Shown here: in pieces, positions 1 through 9,690 of the stretch
Position numbering within the stretch: position 1 is the stretch's first letter
How the letters are laid out: every line of letters begins with the position of its first letter
From: a virus
Taxonomy: Duplodnaviria; Caudoviricetes
DNA length: 32,467 nt
Virus record (IMG/VR): IMGVR_UViG_3300044623_000283
Coordinates: 1 to 32,467 of that record
Direction: 5' to 3' (one strand)
Translations under genes and position numbers: made by a program
The notes under the pieces: generated by a model
Seen by the model: the letters and a program-made list of their open reading frames with translations, nothing else
Database searches by the model: none
Told to the model about the DNA's origin: nothing

Positions 1-201
1 ACCACCACTACTAGATGCAGAGAAATAGGTTTCAAAGTTCCAATTTCCAGCTGGTATTTCTAATTGATTAGGGTAATTTGCATCTGTTATGAATGACTGA
101 ATGTATCCATTAGTTGCTATTGTGAAGTCTGTACCAGCTCCTATGACTGGTGTCTTATTTATTTCTTTCATTGCAACACCACCAAATGTACCTTGACTTA
201 C
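1..201. repeat. Terminal direct repeat, left copy (circular assembly overlap)
   Basis: 1-201 matches 32267-32467 except A75 vs C32341; unit genome about 32,266 bp. Confidence 0.95.
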
Positions 202-537
202 TGATCCATTAAGGTAATAGCTTACAGATGCACCACCACCGCTTGATGTTGGAAAGTTAGCAAGTTGACCATCTCCTCTGATATATTGTGTTGCAACACC
301 AGCAGCAGCTACTGCTAATGTTCCTGCTGTAGTTATTGGATCACCACTAACTGTGAATGCTGATGGCATAGTTAAATCAACACTTGTAACTGTACCACCA
401 CCAGCAGCATCAATTATATTTTGACCTGTAACTCTCTTGCTTATATAGGATCCTCCTGAGACTTGTGCAATCTCTATTAAATCTGTAGAGGCTAATGCAC
501 TACCCTTAGCTGTTAAATCTGATATTTTTACTGACAT
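1..537 (-). CDS. Tail fibre / receptor-binding protein, N-terminal part (continues across the junction into 31334..32437)
   Basis: ATG at 537, MSVKISDLTAKGSALASTDLIEIAQ...GGGTVTSVDLTMPSAFTVSG...; open to position 1 and in frame with MKEINK at 171 (=32437); joined protein about 489 aa, Gly/Thr/Ser-rich. Confidence 0.8.
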   Translation of the reverse strand, partial: MSVKISDLTAKGSALASTDLIEIAQVSGGSYISKRVTGQNIIDAAGGGTVTSVDLTMPSAFTVSGDPITTAGTLAVAAAGVATQYIRGDGQLANFPTSSGGGASVSYYLNGSVSQGTFGGVAMKEINKTPVIGAGTDFTIATNGYIQSFITDANYPNQLEIPAGNWNFETYFSASSSGG

Positions 538-538
538 A

Positions 539-2896
539 TTATTCTATTATTCTGATTAAATTATCTTCTGTTATTCTAATGATGCTATCTTCTGTAATTC
601 TTTCAGTAGGATTAGTGATGATTGTTTGTTGAATTCCTTCTCCTTTTATTATGCGTAGAAGTTCGACCTTAGTAGATACATTAGATCCACTAAGATAGTC
701 ACTAATACTCAACAACCTATATACTACACCATCAATGTTTATTAAGTTTCTAAAGTTTAATGAGTTAATATCTTGTGGATTAAGCATTACATAACATGTC
801 AATTTCTTACCATACCTTGATAACAACTCTTTAATGAATGTATCATGATATAGATATAGATTATTGGATGGATAATTATTTGTTACCCAAAATACATAAT
901 CAGGAACACCCCAATTGAAGTCAAATGTAGGAGAATCTAAACTATCTAAGTGACCAACATACGGATAAAGAGTATTAAAATAATCAACATTAAACTCATC
1001 TCTATGAAACCAGTTCCCTGCTCTTAATCCACCTAATTGAACTATAAATGACTTTCCTTTCTTTAACACTATCTCACTTGTACCATTTTCATTAGTTTTT
1101 AAATCAAAGGACCTTGGAACAATCAAATCAGTAAATGTACCTGGTGAATCACCTGGTATCTGAACAAGTAACTTTTGAGAGAATGGTAGTAAGAAATCTG
1201 TAGAGTTTACTGAGAATTGACTCTGACTCTCAATAAAGAAGGATCCATATTGCTTGTTAACATCATTCTGATATCTCTGATTCCAATAGTCAGTATCTTG
1301 TGTGAAATTAAATTTATAATTCTTACTTGCGAAATTTATGGTAGGCTCAACCATAATCTCTTTTGACCTATCAATCTTAGATGACCAATCAATAGCATCA
1401 CCACTTGGATTATAAAATTCACTCAATGGCTCTATCTCTAATACAGTTGCATCTTCTGTTGATGGTTTAACTAATAGATTAAATGCATTAACAAAGGCTT
1501 TAAAGAATACATCACAAGTCATGTTAGGAAGGAATGCAGCTAATGTAACTATTGATCCAGCTGTTAATCCTTGCTGTTGTTTTAATATATCTAATTCAGC
1601 TGTATTGCTTTTTATTCGAAATTTTAATTGATAAGTTGTTAAAAAATTTCTACTTACACTAGTGTTGTTAATAATAAGTCTTAAGGTAATTGATATCTCA
1701 TCATTTATTAATGTATTTATTTCTCTTGAATAATTAAATGAGAATGATAATGATGTAGAAGTACTAGTTAAGGTTCCTTGATATATTAAATCTGATGTTA
1801 AGTAAACTCCATTTTTAATTATATGTAATCTAAGTTCATAAGATCCTTTGATAAAATATGCTCCAGATCCATTACCTAAAATATCTATCTCAACATCATG
1901 ATCACCATAATAATTGATTTTAAATAAACCTTCACTAGCAGAAACAAATCGTAAAGCATTTGTAGATTGTGCTTGGTTTAAATTATCTTGAGTAACAGTA
2001 CAATCATATTGATCTGTGAAATCTCTAATTCCAATAGTCATACTTCCTGTAGGCTCTCCTGGATCTAAAAAATCTTGTAATATACCTTCAAAAATTAAAC
2101 CACTTGCATTGTTATCTTCTGTTGTGAATAATGATTCATTATTAGCTTGTGAGCTATCAATCAATGGTAGGTTACCACCATCATAAGCAAGTAGTAATTT
2201 CTTAAATGTCTGAGTCTCTAAGAAGTTACTAGACCATGTGATACCACAATATTCAAAAGCTTTCTTTAATACTTCATAGCAGAATACTTGTGGTGGTATA
2301 TTCTCAACTGCAAAGGTATCTGCTGATGGCCTTGTATATCCGTAATCTATCAATCCGTAATAATAACCTTCACCAGTCCAACCTTGTGAGTCATAATTAC
2401 TTGAAGGACTTCCATCCAATTGAATAACTCCATTCCATGTATCTTGTTGATTAGCATAAGTCAATGCATGGTCATACTCTGACCAACCTAATTCATTTAC
2501 TTTTATCTTCTGTAGCCTAGAGATATAATCAATTGTATCACTAACTAAAGTTATGTCAAAGGACCATATTCCATCTAATTGCTTACAGCTCATCAACTGA
2601 ACTACTCCATTAAACTCAAGCAATCCACTCTGATAGTATTGGCATTCAGCTTTTATACTTGGATCAAAGTCTATCAGTTCTGGTTGTAATTCAAAAATAC
2701 CATCAATAGCTGATAGAGTAAACACACTAAGCATTAACTGTACATTGCTTCTTGTACCTGGTAGTGTTATAGTCTTTGATTTATTTCCTTTCCTTGATGA
2801 TAGGTCCTTAATATCACTGATACTAAAGGTCAAAGGAAATGGAGCATTTTGGTCAATGTCTACCAGTCTACCATTTATAAATAATTCTCCAGCCAT
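539..2896 (-). CDS. Large minor tail / baseplate-hub-like structural protein
   Basis: 785 aa; N-terminal FSISDIKDLSSRKGNKSKTITLPGT resembles Bacteroidota siphovirus tail proteins; sits just upstream of the fibre. Confidence 0.65.
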   Translation of the reverse strand: MAGELFINGRLVDIDQNAPFPLTFSISDIKDLSSRKGNKSKTITLPGTRSNVQLMLSVFTLSAIDGIFELQPELIDFDPSIKAECQYYQSGLLEFNGVVQLMSCKQLDGIWSFDITLVSDTIDYISRLQKIKVNELGWSEYDHALTYANQQDTWNGVIQLDGSPSSNYDSQGWTGEGYYYGLIDYGYTRPSADTFAVENIPPQVFCYEVLKKAFEYCGITWSSNFLETQTFKKLLLAYDGGNLPLIDSSQANNESLFTTEDNNASGLIFEGILQDFLDPGEPTGSMTIGIRDFTDQYDCTVTQDNLNQAQSTNALRFVSASEGLFKINYYGDHDVEIDILGNGSGAYFIKGSYELRLHIIKNGVYLTSDLIYQGTLTSTSTSLSFSFNYSREINTLINDEISITLRLIINNTSVSRNFLTTYQLKFRIKSNTAELDILKQQQGLTAGSIVTLAAFLPNMTCDVFFKAFVNAFNLLVKPSTEDATVLEIEPLSEFYNPSGDAIDWSSKIDRSKEIMVEPTINFASKNYKFNFTQDTDYWNQRYQNDVNKQYGSFFIESQSQFSVNSTDFLLPFSQKLLVQIPGDSPGTFTDLIVPRSFDLKTNENGTSEIVLKKGKSFIVQLGGLRAGNWFHRDEFNVDYFNTLYPYVGHLDSLDSPTFDFNWGVPDYVFWVTNNYPSNNLYLYHDTFIKELLSRYGKKLTCYVMLNPQDINSLNFRNLINIDGVVYRLLSISDYLSGSNVSTKVELLRIIKGEGIQQTIITNPTERITEDSIIRITEDNLIRIIE

Positions 2897-4077
2897 TAGT
2901 TAAGTTGTGATCTATAAGTATATGTTCTATCTATGGTCACTTGTTCCTGTAGCAATCCATCTCTTCTCCTGGTCTTTAATTGGTAGGTTGAATTAGTAAC
3001 TTTAACAGGCTCAAATTCTGTTCCATTTGTTTGCTCAAGATAAACTATAGGAGAGTCATATAAAGACTCTACCAACCAATTCTGAACACCTTCTGATATC
3101 CAATCTGAATTCAATACTAATTGCTTATTCTTAGTCTTGGCATAATTTACTTTTTGCCCTGAGTATAGTGGATAAGTGTAGCTATTACCACTCCATACAC
3201 CTGGATCACGTTGATAAGCAAATGACTGTACAGTTGCTGATTGTGTTGATACTAATCCAAAGGTAAATGAATCCCAACATCCAAGCTTGTTTAACCAATG
3301 CAATCTATAAGGCTCATATCTTTGACATGCTAAATCCATGTATATAGTTACTGGTCCTACATATGATACACCTTGTACAGATACATATACGACATATCTA
3401 TAGCAATCATCAAAGTCAATCTGTGTGATAGTTGTATTATCTATTATAACTTGTGGACCAACATTTAATATATAGAAATCAGTAGCTGTCAATGTTATAA
3501 AATCTGAAGCTATTGTACTTCCTGATATGTCTAGTAATTCAATATTAAGTATACATGATGCTGAAACTGTTTGTTCAAAAAATGCTAGATAATAATTCTC
3601 ATTCATCCCTACTAAACTTCTAGAGTCTAATGGAAAAAATGTTAAGAATAATGCATCCTGAGTTAGATTTGGATCATAGAGAGCATAATCAAAATTAATC
3701 CAATCTTCATACTCTAATGATCCATTAAATGCTCTAAGCGTAGTACTCTCAGCACTTGATTGTGTGATTGGTGGATTACCATACTTCTCATAAACTAGTA
3801 TAGCATAAGTAACCATTGAATCAGTAGCATCTAATTCTAAGTTAGTAGTAGGTATAGTATTTCTAATATAAGCTTCTACAGCTTGAGATACATCTATCCT
3901 TGATAAAGAATTGAACTGTCTGAATACTTGTTGAGTCAACACTAATGTAGAGTCAATGTATAACTCCACAATAAATGAAAAGTTATCCTGTGCTGTCTGA
4001 TCACTGCTAAAAGTAAACACCAATGGATTACCAGCTGGTGCAATCAATTGTGGTTCATCATATATTGTTACTGCCAT
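2896..4077 (-). CDS. Minor tail structural protein (distal-tail-like)
   Basis: 393 aa; WLNKLGCWDSFTF and LNSDWI motifs recall Bacteroidota phage tail proteins; tail-module context. Confidence 0.55.
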   Translation of the reverse strand: MAVTIYDEPQLIAPAGNPLVFTFSSDQTAQDNFSFIVELYIDSTLVLTQQVFRQFNSLSRIDVSQAVEAYIRNTIPTTNLELDATDSMVTYAILVYEKYGNPPITQSSAESTTLRAFNGSLEYEDWINFDYALYDPNLTQDALFLTFFPLDSRSLVGMNENYYLAFFEQTVSASCILNIELLDISGSTIASDFITLTATDFYILNVGPQVIIDNTTITQIDFDDCYRYVVYVSVQGVSYVGPVTIYMDLACQRYEPYRLHWLNKLGCWDSFTFGLVSTQSATVQSFAYQRDPGVWSGNSYTYPLYSGQKVNYAKTKNKQLVLNSDWISEGVQNWLVESLYDSPIVYLEQTNGTEFEPVKVTNSTYQLKTRRRDGLLQEQVTIDRTYTYRSQLN

Positions 4078-4582
4078 TCTTTAAAAAATTTATTTCAAAC
4101 ATTAATCCAGTCAACTCAGCCAAATCATTTGCAATCTTGTTAAGCACATCATCATTAATAACATTCTCAGTTATTCTCTTAGGTCTTAAACCTCTTTGCT
4201 TGATTTTATATGATACTGCATAAGCGTGACTCATATCTAATCCCTTCCATTGACTTATAGCTGTTGCCATGTTATGACTTACACCAGGATAGTTAAATGA
4301 AAATCTACTACCATAATTTTTACTACCAACAGCATTAACTCCTTCATCAACAAATGGATAGTAATAATCAGCCTCTAATCTAAATGATAACAGTCCAGTT
4401 GGTACAGGTATAATTGAAGCTGCTAATCCTCCAGTGTTTTGAGCTACCTTCTTAGTGTAATCTCTGAATTCAGTTGCAAGCTGTGTTGATAATCCTGTTA
4501 TAAATCTATCATAAGCAGTTTTTGGCTTCTCAGCTTCCTGAGTAGTGATACCAAAGTCCTCAAGAAAATCAAATTCTGCCAT
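4058..4582 (-). CDS. Putative neck/tail-completion protein
   Basis: 174 aa; TGGLAASI, YYPFVDEG and IKQRGLRP motifs reminiscent of HK97 gp10-like proteins; structural operon context. Confidence 0.4.
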   Translation of the reverse strand: MAEFDFLEDFGITTQEAEKPKTAYDRFITGLSTQLATEFRDYTKKVAQNTGGLAASIIPVPTGLLSFRLEADYYYPFVDEGVNAVGSKNYGSRFSFNYPGVSHNMATAISQWKGLDMSHAYAVSYKIKQRGLRPKRITENVINDDVLNKIANDLAELTGLMFEINFLKNGSNNI

Positions 4583-4841
4583 TACTTAATATGCGTTTAT
4601 GTTCGTTCTCATCTACTATTCTAAAGTAGTTCATCCAAAATAATGATGTCACATAAGGCTGTTGTGTAATTTTTCCCACACTGAGTCCCATTTCTTTTGA
4701 TAGTCTATGTAAGATAGTGGTCCAAGTGAACCATTCTGAATCTTTAATTCCTGATTCATCTGACTCATCTGCATATTCAGTCTCACCATCTGTATCCCTA
4801 ATATAGCGTTCTTCTGCTTTTTTGAGTAGTGCAAAAAAAAA
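4569..4841 (-). CDS. -1 frameshift extension of the tail assembly chaperone (GT-like product, about 264 aa total)
   Basis: -1 frame opens right after a TAG at a 9-T run (4833-4841) and stays open 88 codons (FALLKKAEERY...EWFTWTTILHRLSKEMG...LFWMNYFRIV...GRI*) to TGA at 4569, overlapping the next ATG. Confidence 0.7.
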   Translation of the reverse strand, partial: FFFALLKKAEERYIRDTDGETEYADESDESGIKDSEWFTWTTILHRLSKEMGLSVGKITQQPYVTSLFWMNYFRIVDENEHKRILSNGRI

Positions 4842-5362
4842 CTAAAGAAGTTTAAAAATTCATCACCAGGGAAATGTTCTTTAAACACATGATATCTATT
4901 ATCATTAGGATTAAGTAATCTACCTCTATCATCCTCTTGACAATATTCCATACCTTTCTCAAGGTACATTATTGCTAATGCTTGACATGGATCTTGGCTA
5001 ATGTCTTCAATTAACTTTAAGTCAATAATCTGTCCAGTAGCAACATGAGAGAAGTTCTTTTCCAACCTGTACTCTTTACCATTGATAGTAATGAATTCTT
5101 TTGGCTCAGTATATTGATAACTACTCAACATCTTAAGCAAGTGATTGGATGCCTCCTGAACACTTGAGATATCAGAGTTCTTAATCTTGTTGATTGACTC
5201 ACCACTGAATATACTAAGTAACTGACATTGGAAAATTAAAAACTGTGTGATGTCCTCTTCTTTCTGTTCCTTGATAGCATCAGCCATCATTAACCATTTA
5301 GTCATTTGCTCTGGGCTACAATCAGCAATGGTTGTTGGTAGTTTAATATCTAGTTGTTTCAT
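4649..5362 (-). CDS. Putative tail assembly chaperone (G-like, 0-frame product)
   Basis: 237 aa; contains slippery T TTT TTT at ...FFSFFL... Confidence 0.6.
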   Translation of the reverse strand: MKQLDIKLPTTIADCSPEQMTKWLMMADAIKEQKEEDITQFLIFQCQLLSIFSGESINKIKNSDISSVQEASNHLLKMLSSYQYTEPKEFITINGKEYRLEKNFSHVATGQIIDLKLIEDISQDPCQALAIMYLEKGMEYCQEDDRGRLLNPNDNRYHVFKEHFPGDEFLNFFSFFLHYSKKQKNAILGIQMVRLNMQMSQMNQELKIQNGSLGPLSYIDYQKKWDSVWEKLHNSLM

Positions 5363-6561
5363 ACTCTTAATGCCATGTATCTGCCTCGGTTTGTAAACTC
5401 TTTCTTACTATGCCATGCTAATGCTGTAGATATAACTCCATCATCATGCAATCCTGATGGTGCAGAATAAGTTACATTCCTTGTGTTTGGATTGTAAATA
5501 TAGGAATAATTTTCAAGCTCATCTATCAACCATTGTTCATTGATAATTGATATTGACTCCTGTTCAAATGCTACAGCAAGGTCCTCAATAATAATGGGCT
5601 TTGTCTTAGAGCTGGTAACAAATGGATGGATTAGATTCTTACACCTGGACTGAAGCATTTCATAGAATACATCACCTTGATTGTTAACCTCTACCAATGT
5701 AGTTGCATTATATTGCTTGATGATAGTTGCTACCTTCTCAATGATTTTACTCCATTCATCATGTCTCCATCTGTGAGCTGTAACCATGTGACCATCTTGA
5801 TTGAGAATAGTTAATACAGTGTAGTCATCAGCTCTACCAATATCTAATCCTCCATACATCTTAGCTGTCTTGACTCCAGCTTTAATGCAGTTACTTACGT
5901 TTTTAAATATACCAGATGCATTATCTATAAACTCAGCCATGTACTCTTGTCTGAATACAAAGTCAGGTAGTGATCTCTTTCTCTCTTCCAGTTCTCTTGG
6001 ATCAATCATTGGATTGTCATAAGAAGTGAAATGAAAGTAAGCATACCTATCATCATAGTTAGGTTGCATACATAATCTATGAAAGTGATTCTTACCTTTT
6101 GGAGTAGAGATAAATATTATCTTCTTACCTTTCACCAGGACAGTTGCACTCAGTACCTCATCCCAAAGCTCAGGTCTAGTAAATGCCATCTCATCTACTA
6201 CCATGTAATCAAAGGTATTACCTCTAATATTATCTGGTCTTTCACCTGAAAAGAATTCAATGGTAGATCCGAATCCTGTAATCATTAAGTCTGATCTATT
6301 GAATGAAAATAAACCACTTGCTGATGTTGCTCTTTCCATTTCAGAGAATACTTTCTTGCCTTGCTTATAGACTGGAGTTACCCAAGCAATTTTACAACCT
6401 TTATCATTGATGGCCCAGTATAACAATTGGTTGATTCCAAGCATGGTCTTACCAAACTGTCTACCAATATTTAGAGCATAGTATTTCTCATGGCCATGGT
6501 TAATAGCATCATGAATTGTTCTCTGATTATCATGTGGTTTATAACCTTTGACTGTACTCAT
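5359..6561 (-). CDS. terL: Terminase large subunit
   Basis: Walker A GRQFGKT, Walker B VVDEMA, ISTPKG coupling motif, nuclease GLDIG...HDD. Confidence 0.95.
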   Translation of the reverse strand: MSTVKGYKPHDNQRTIHDAINHGHEKYYALNIGRQFGKTMLGINQLLYWAINDKGCKIAWVTPVYKQGKKVFSEMERATSASGLFSFNRSDLMITGFGSTIEFFSGERPDNIRGNTFDYMVVDEMAFTRPELWDEVLSATVLVKGKKIIFISTPKGKNHFHRLCMQPNYDDRYAYFHFTSYDNPMIDPRELEERKRSLPDFVFRQEYMAEFIDNASGIFKNVSNCIKAGVKTAKMYGGLDIGRADDYTVLTILNQDGHMVTAHRWRHDEWSKIIEKVATIIKQYNATTLVEVNNQGDVFYEMLQSRCKNLIHPFVTSSKTKPIIIEDLAVAFEQESISIINEQWLIDELENYSYIYNPNTRNVTYSAPSGLHDDGVISTALAWHSKKEFTNRGRYMALRV

Positions 6562-6956
6562 TCAAAGTCAAACTTCTCTACATTTTTAGTCTCAAGTTGT
6601 TGTCTATCATGCATGCCAAGTCTGTTCTTAGCGTAGAAGATTCCTTTGCCTTCATTGCCAACAATGTCAATGGCTAAGCCTTTAAATAGGTTATCTATTT
6701 TTTTGATAGTGTCCGATTTGAGTTTATCATCAGAGTCCAACCATCTGTAATATGTATCTCTGACAATACTCTGCTCCTTCCTTACAATAGGAATCCAAAT
6801 TCTAAGGAAATAGTCTATTGTTGGAATATGTCTATCCAATACCTTAACAATATCTCCTTTATTAGATATCATTTCTTTTTTGTGGGTAAGACACTCCTCA
6901 ATATAGATATGAGCAAGTTCCTCCAGATGTATTATAAATTCATCGGAATATGCCAT
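6558..6956 (-). CDS. terS: Terminase small subunit
   Basis: 132 aa directly upstream of terL with ATGA overlap; C-terminal IFYAKNRLGMHDRQ resembles gp3-type packaging proteins. Confidence 0.75.
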   Translation of the reverse strand: MAYSDEFIIHLEELAHIYIEECLTHKKEMISNKGDIVKVLDRHIPTIDYFLRIWIPIVRKEQSIVRDTYYRWLDSDDKLKSDTIKKIDNLFKGLAIDIVGNEGKGIFYAKNRLGMHDRQQLETKNVEKFDFE

Positions 6957-6962
6957 TGTTCT

Positions 6963-6982
6963 TATTATATATTATTGTTCGA
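6963..6982 (-). promoter_or_regulatory. Putative late promoter TCGAAC-N8-ATAATA upstream of terS
   Basis: TCGAAC AATAATAT ATAATA, 6 nt before the ATG; same motif and spacing at 3 other late genes. Confidence 0.65.
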
Positions 6983-8050
6983 TTAATTACAGTATTTGAT
7001 ATAGAATGTATAAGGTACCACTTTAAGTTTAGCAAGTATCCAGATAACATACTTATATTTTTTGAAGTCATACTTCTCAAAGTTATCTCTGCTCCCCATT
7101 CTCATGTTCACAAGTCTTAGCATCCTTTCAGCACTTGTTCCAAGTTTTGAGAAATCAAATTCTGACTTTATGCTAAACTTCTCTTTGGCCTCTTCTTTAG
7201 TTAGCTTTCCACTTCTTACTTGTGCAGCAAGGTATACAATTCTTTTATCTATATTAAACTTTTCAGGTAGAAGGAATGATCCAACAAACTCAGTGTATAC
7301 ATTCTCACAATGTTTTCCACCATAATCTTTCCAGTTGATTAGTCTTTTCATTTCAGCCTCCATTGTATCTCTATCAAATCCATAATGAAATGGTCTGACA
7401 TTCTTAATGCCAAGCAAAGCATAAAATAGCTGATCCTTAAAAGTGAATAATGGATAATTATGTAACTTCAGTCCTGTGTACTTATTGTAAACTGACTGAA
7501 TATATTTAGCATCCATATAGGTCCATCCTTTTGGGGTTGATCCTTCAGTTCTGAAGTCATGACCATTGAGAATGTATTTAATACCATACTTGTAAGCTGT
7601 GTCATACATTAGCTTTGTCATTGCTATGTCATTTGGAATATCAGCATCTGGAATACCAGCAGCAAGGAATGAATCATTCAATCTGTCATACTCAGCTTTG
7701 TTTACGTTGTATGTTATTGAGTCTAAATTAAGTTGCTTCACTAATTGAGTCATATTGTGAATAGCCTCTGGAGTATTCCAGTTATTATCAAAGTGAATAA
7801 CAAGAGGCTTAAGATTCCAATATCTTACAGCTGTATACAGAAGAGTAGAGGAGTCAATACCTCCAGAGATTCCCATAATGCAGTCATAGGTCTTATTATT
7901 ACCTTTGGCTCTTATCTCTTTGATTATATGTTTAAGTTCATGAGGATTAGCTTGTAGTTCAAGTTCATCATGTAGGTCACAGTACTCGCATTGTTTTTCT
8001 GTTATAACTGTTATTGACTCATCAAATAAACAGCGTGGACATTCTTTCAT
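6983..8050 (-). CDS. N-acetyl sugar amidotransferase (WbuX/WbpG-like PP-loop ATPase)
   Basis: Probable start MKECPRC at 8050; CxxC...CxxC, YDCIMGISGGIDSS PP-loop, HFDNNWN, RTEG, YGGKHCEN. Confidence 0.85.
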   Translation of the reverse strand: MKECPRCLFDESITVITEKQCEYCDLHDELELQANPHELKHIIKEIRAKGNNKTYDCIMGISGGIDSSTLLYTAVRYWNLKPLVIHFDNNWNTPEAIHNMTQLVKQLNLDSITYNVNKAEYDRLNDSFLAAGIPDADIPNDIAMTKLMYDTAYKYGIKYILNGHDFRTEGSTPKGWTYMDAKYIQSVYNKYTGLKLHNYPLFTFKDQLFYALLGIKNVRPFHYGFDRDTMEAEMKRLINWKDYGGKHCENVYTEFVGSFLLPEKFNIDKRIVYLAAQVRSGKLTKEEAKEKFSIKSEFDFSKLGTSAERMLRLVNMRMGSRDNFEKYDFKKYKYVIWILAKLKVVPYTFYIKYCN

Positions 8051-8759
8051 AGTTAATAAAGTTATGATATAAATTGCTAATATAGTAATTATCAACATGT
8101 CTAGTGGTATATTCTTTCATAATTGATTGACATATATCATCCACTGACCTGTAAGGAATAGATAAAGGAAGGTCACCATTAAAGATAGACTTCCTTCCCA
8201 TTAATCCCATTTCAATATTTGTGTTAGGACATCCATCATGAGCAGTTAATCTAAGATTGATAAAGCATTGAGAATATACATCTATTATTTCTTCTCTTGT
8301 AAATGTATCATTAGTAGCTGTAATAATTTGGATATCAATTCTTTCTTTGATTTCATTGATTAGTGATTCTCCATAGAATTCTGGAGCATTACCAGAATAC
8401 CAGAATATTTTATCTCCATTAGGTCTTAATGGCCAATTTTGTGGTATTACTGCATTGATAGGGCACCATATTGCATAGATACCTTTTTTAGATAGAGTCT
8501 CTACTACTTGATGACTAACACCAATATTAACTGAGTCCTGTACAAACTTTATGCATTCATCTGGGAGATCTAAAGCATCACTACCAAACCATACTATTGT
8601 GCTTGTACCAATGTGACTAGCTAATAAGAATAAATCCTCTTCTCTATACATTCCCATGAATACAGTATCACATATTGATGCTAAATAAGGAGTTAAATTA
8701 TATTTCTCAATTAGTCCTTTATCTAATCCAGCAAGTGATTCTGAAATGTGTGCTTGCAT
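8022..8759 (-). CDS. Minimal GT-B-fold glycosyltransferase (GT4-like)
   Basis: WFGSD motif and C-terminal YSQCFINLRLTAHDGCPNTNIEMGLMG resembling the GT4 donor-binding E-x7-E region. Confidence 0.6.
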   Translation of the reverse strand: MQAHISESLAGLDKGLIEKYNLTPYLASICDTVFMGMYREEDLFLLASHIGTSTIVWFGSDALDLPDECIKFVQDSVNIGVSHQVVETLSKKGIYAIWCPINAVIPQNWPLRPNGDKIFWYSGNAPEFYGESLINEIKERIDIQIITATNDTFTREEIIDVYSQCFINLRLTAHDGCPNTNIEMGLMGRKSIFNGDLPLSIPYRSVDDICQSIMKEYTTRHVDNYYISNLYHNFINYERMSTLFI

Positions 8760-9457
8760 TATAGTAGTTTTTTAAGTTCTGTGAAATCTTTCTCAAGTAT
8801 ACCAGGTGAACATCTTTCAGACCTAAGTATTCCATCCCAATGATCTTTAAACTTATGCTTGTTGTTCCATTTGTTTGTTGAGATTGAAAGTAGCTGCACT
8901 GATTTATCACATTCTAGTATTCCAATTTCTTGATTAGTTTTTACTGCCTTCAGCCACATGGACCAATCAAGACCAGAATTAAGTCTTTGATCAAATGGAG
9001 TATAGTTAATTTTCTCAAGGAATTCTCTATTCAGAAATCTACCAATACCAATAGGCTCATTCTTTCTCATGTGTTCCTTATATCCTTTCCAATGAACTAA
9101 TCTTATTGAATCAGATACATCAGCAAAGTGACATCCAAGCATTCCAATCATTCCAAAATCTTTACTATGCTCTTTGCATCTTTCAATGTATTGGTCACTG
9201 CACCAGTCAGATGATCCCATGAAGATTACAGCATCAGCATTATAATTCCTTGAAGCTTGGAATCCTGTGTTCCATTTATTACCTAATGGATCATTATCAA
9301 TGGATATGAATTCACAATCAAATTCTTTTGAAATTTCTTTTGCTTCATTCTCATGGCCTAAAATAATAGGAGTCACACCTTGTTTAATAAGTCTTGAGAT
9401 AGTTAGCCTAAGCAAAGGAAATCTACCAAAAACGGGTATTGGAGCAGTTACTATCAT
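8759..9457 (-). CDS. GT-A-fold glycosyltransferase (GT2-like)
   Basis: N-terminal IPVFGR, LGNKWNTG, AVIFMGSSDW at the DxD position, LDWSMW. Confidence 0.65.
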   Translation of the reverse strand: MIVTAPIPVFGRFPLLRLTISRLIKQGVTPIILGHENEAKEISKEFDCEFISIDNDPLGNKWNTGFQASRNYNADAVIFMGSSDWCSDQYIERCKEHSKDFGMIGMLGCHFADVSDSIRLVHWKGYKEHMRKNEPIGIGRFLNREFLEKINYTPFDQRLNSGLDWSMWLKAVKTNQEIGILECDKSVQLLSISTNKWNNKHKFKDHWDGILRSERCSPGILEKDFTELKKLL

Positions 9458-9690
9458 TGTTTAATTCCTATAAAGTGAATTCTTGGAGTTAATTGTTCTT
9501 CTTTATTCAAAGAATTTACCAATCTTCCCATAGCATTTCTTATGTAAGAGTTACAGCATGTCTTAAGTTTTCCATGACCATTTGTTTCATGCCAGGTTGC
9601 TAATTCTTTTTTTAACGGATTGCTTAAATGGAAGCTTTTTGTTTTTTTAAATCTTTCAGCTTGTGCTAATAGTTCTTCACTTAGATTCAT
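9454..9690 (-). CDS. Small Cys-containing hypothetical protein
   Basis: 78 aa, KTCCNS; overlaps its neighbours. Confidence 0.6.
   Translation of the reverse strand: MNLSEELLAQAERFKKTKSFHLSNPLKKELATWHETNGHGKLKTCCNSYIRNAMGRLVNSLNKEEQLTPRIHFIGIKQ

Noticed and set aside
1-201. Repeat as a DGR template/variable pair or a duplicated fibre segment
   Set aside because: It lies exactly at both contig ends, has one mismatch and there is no reverse transcriptase; circular overlap explains it, and it need not be the physical genome end
6983-8050. QueC / 7-deazaguanine DNA modification
   Set aside because: Shares only the SGGxDS PP-loop; size and N-terminal CxxC motifs fit the WbuX type, and no DpdA, FolE, QueD or QueE is seen
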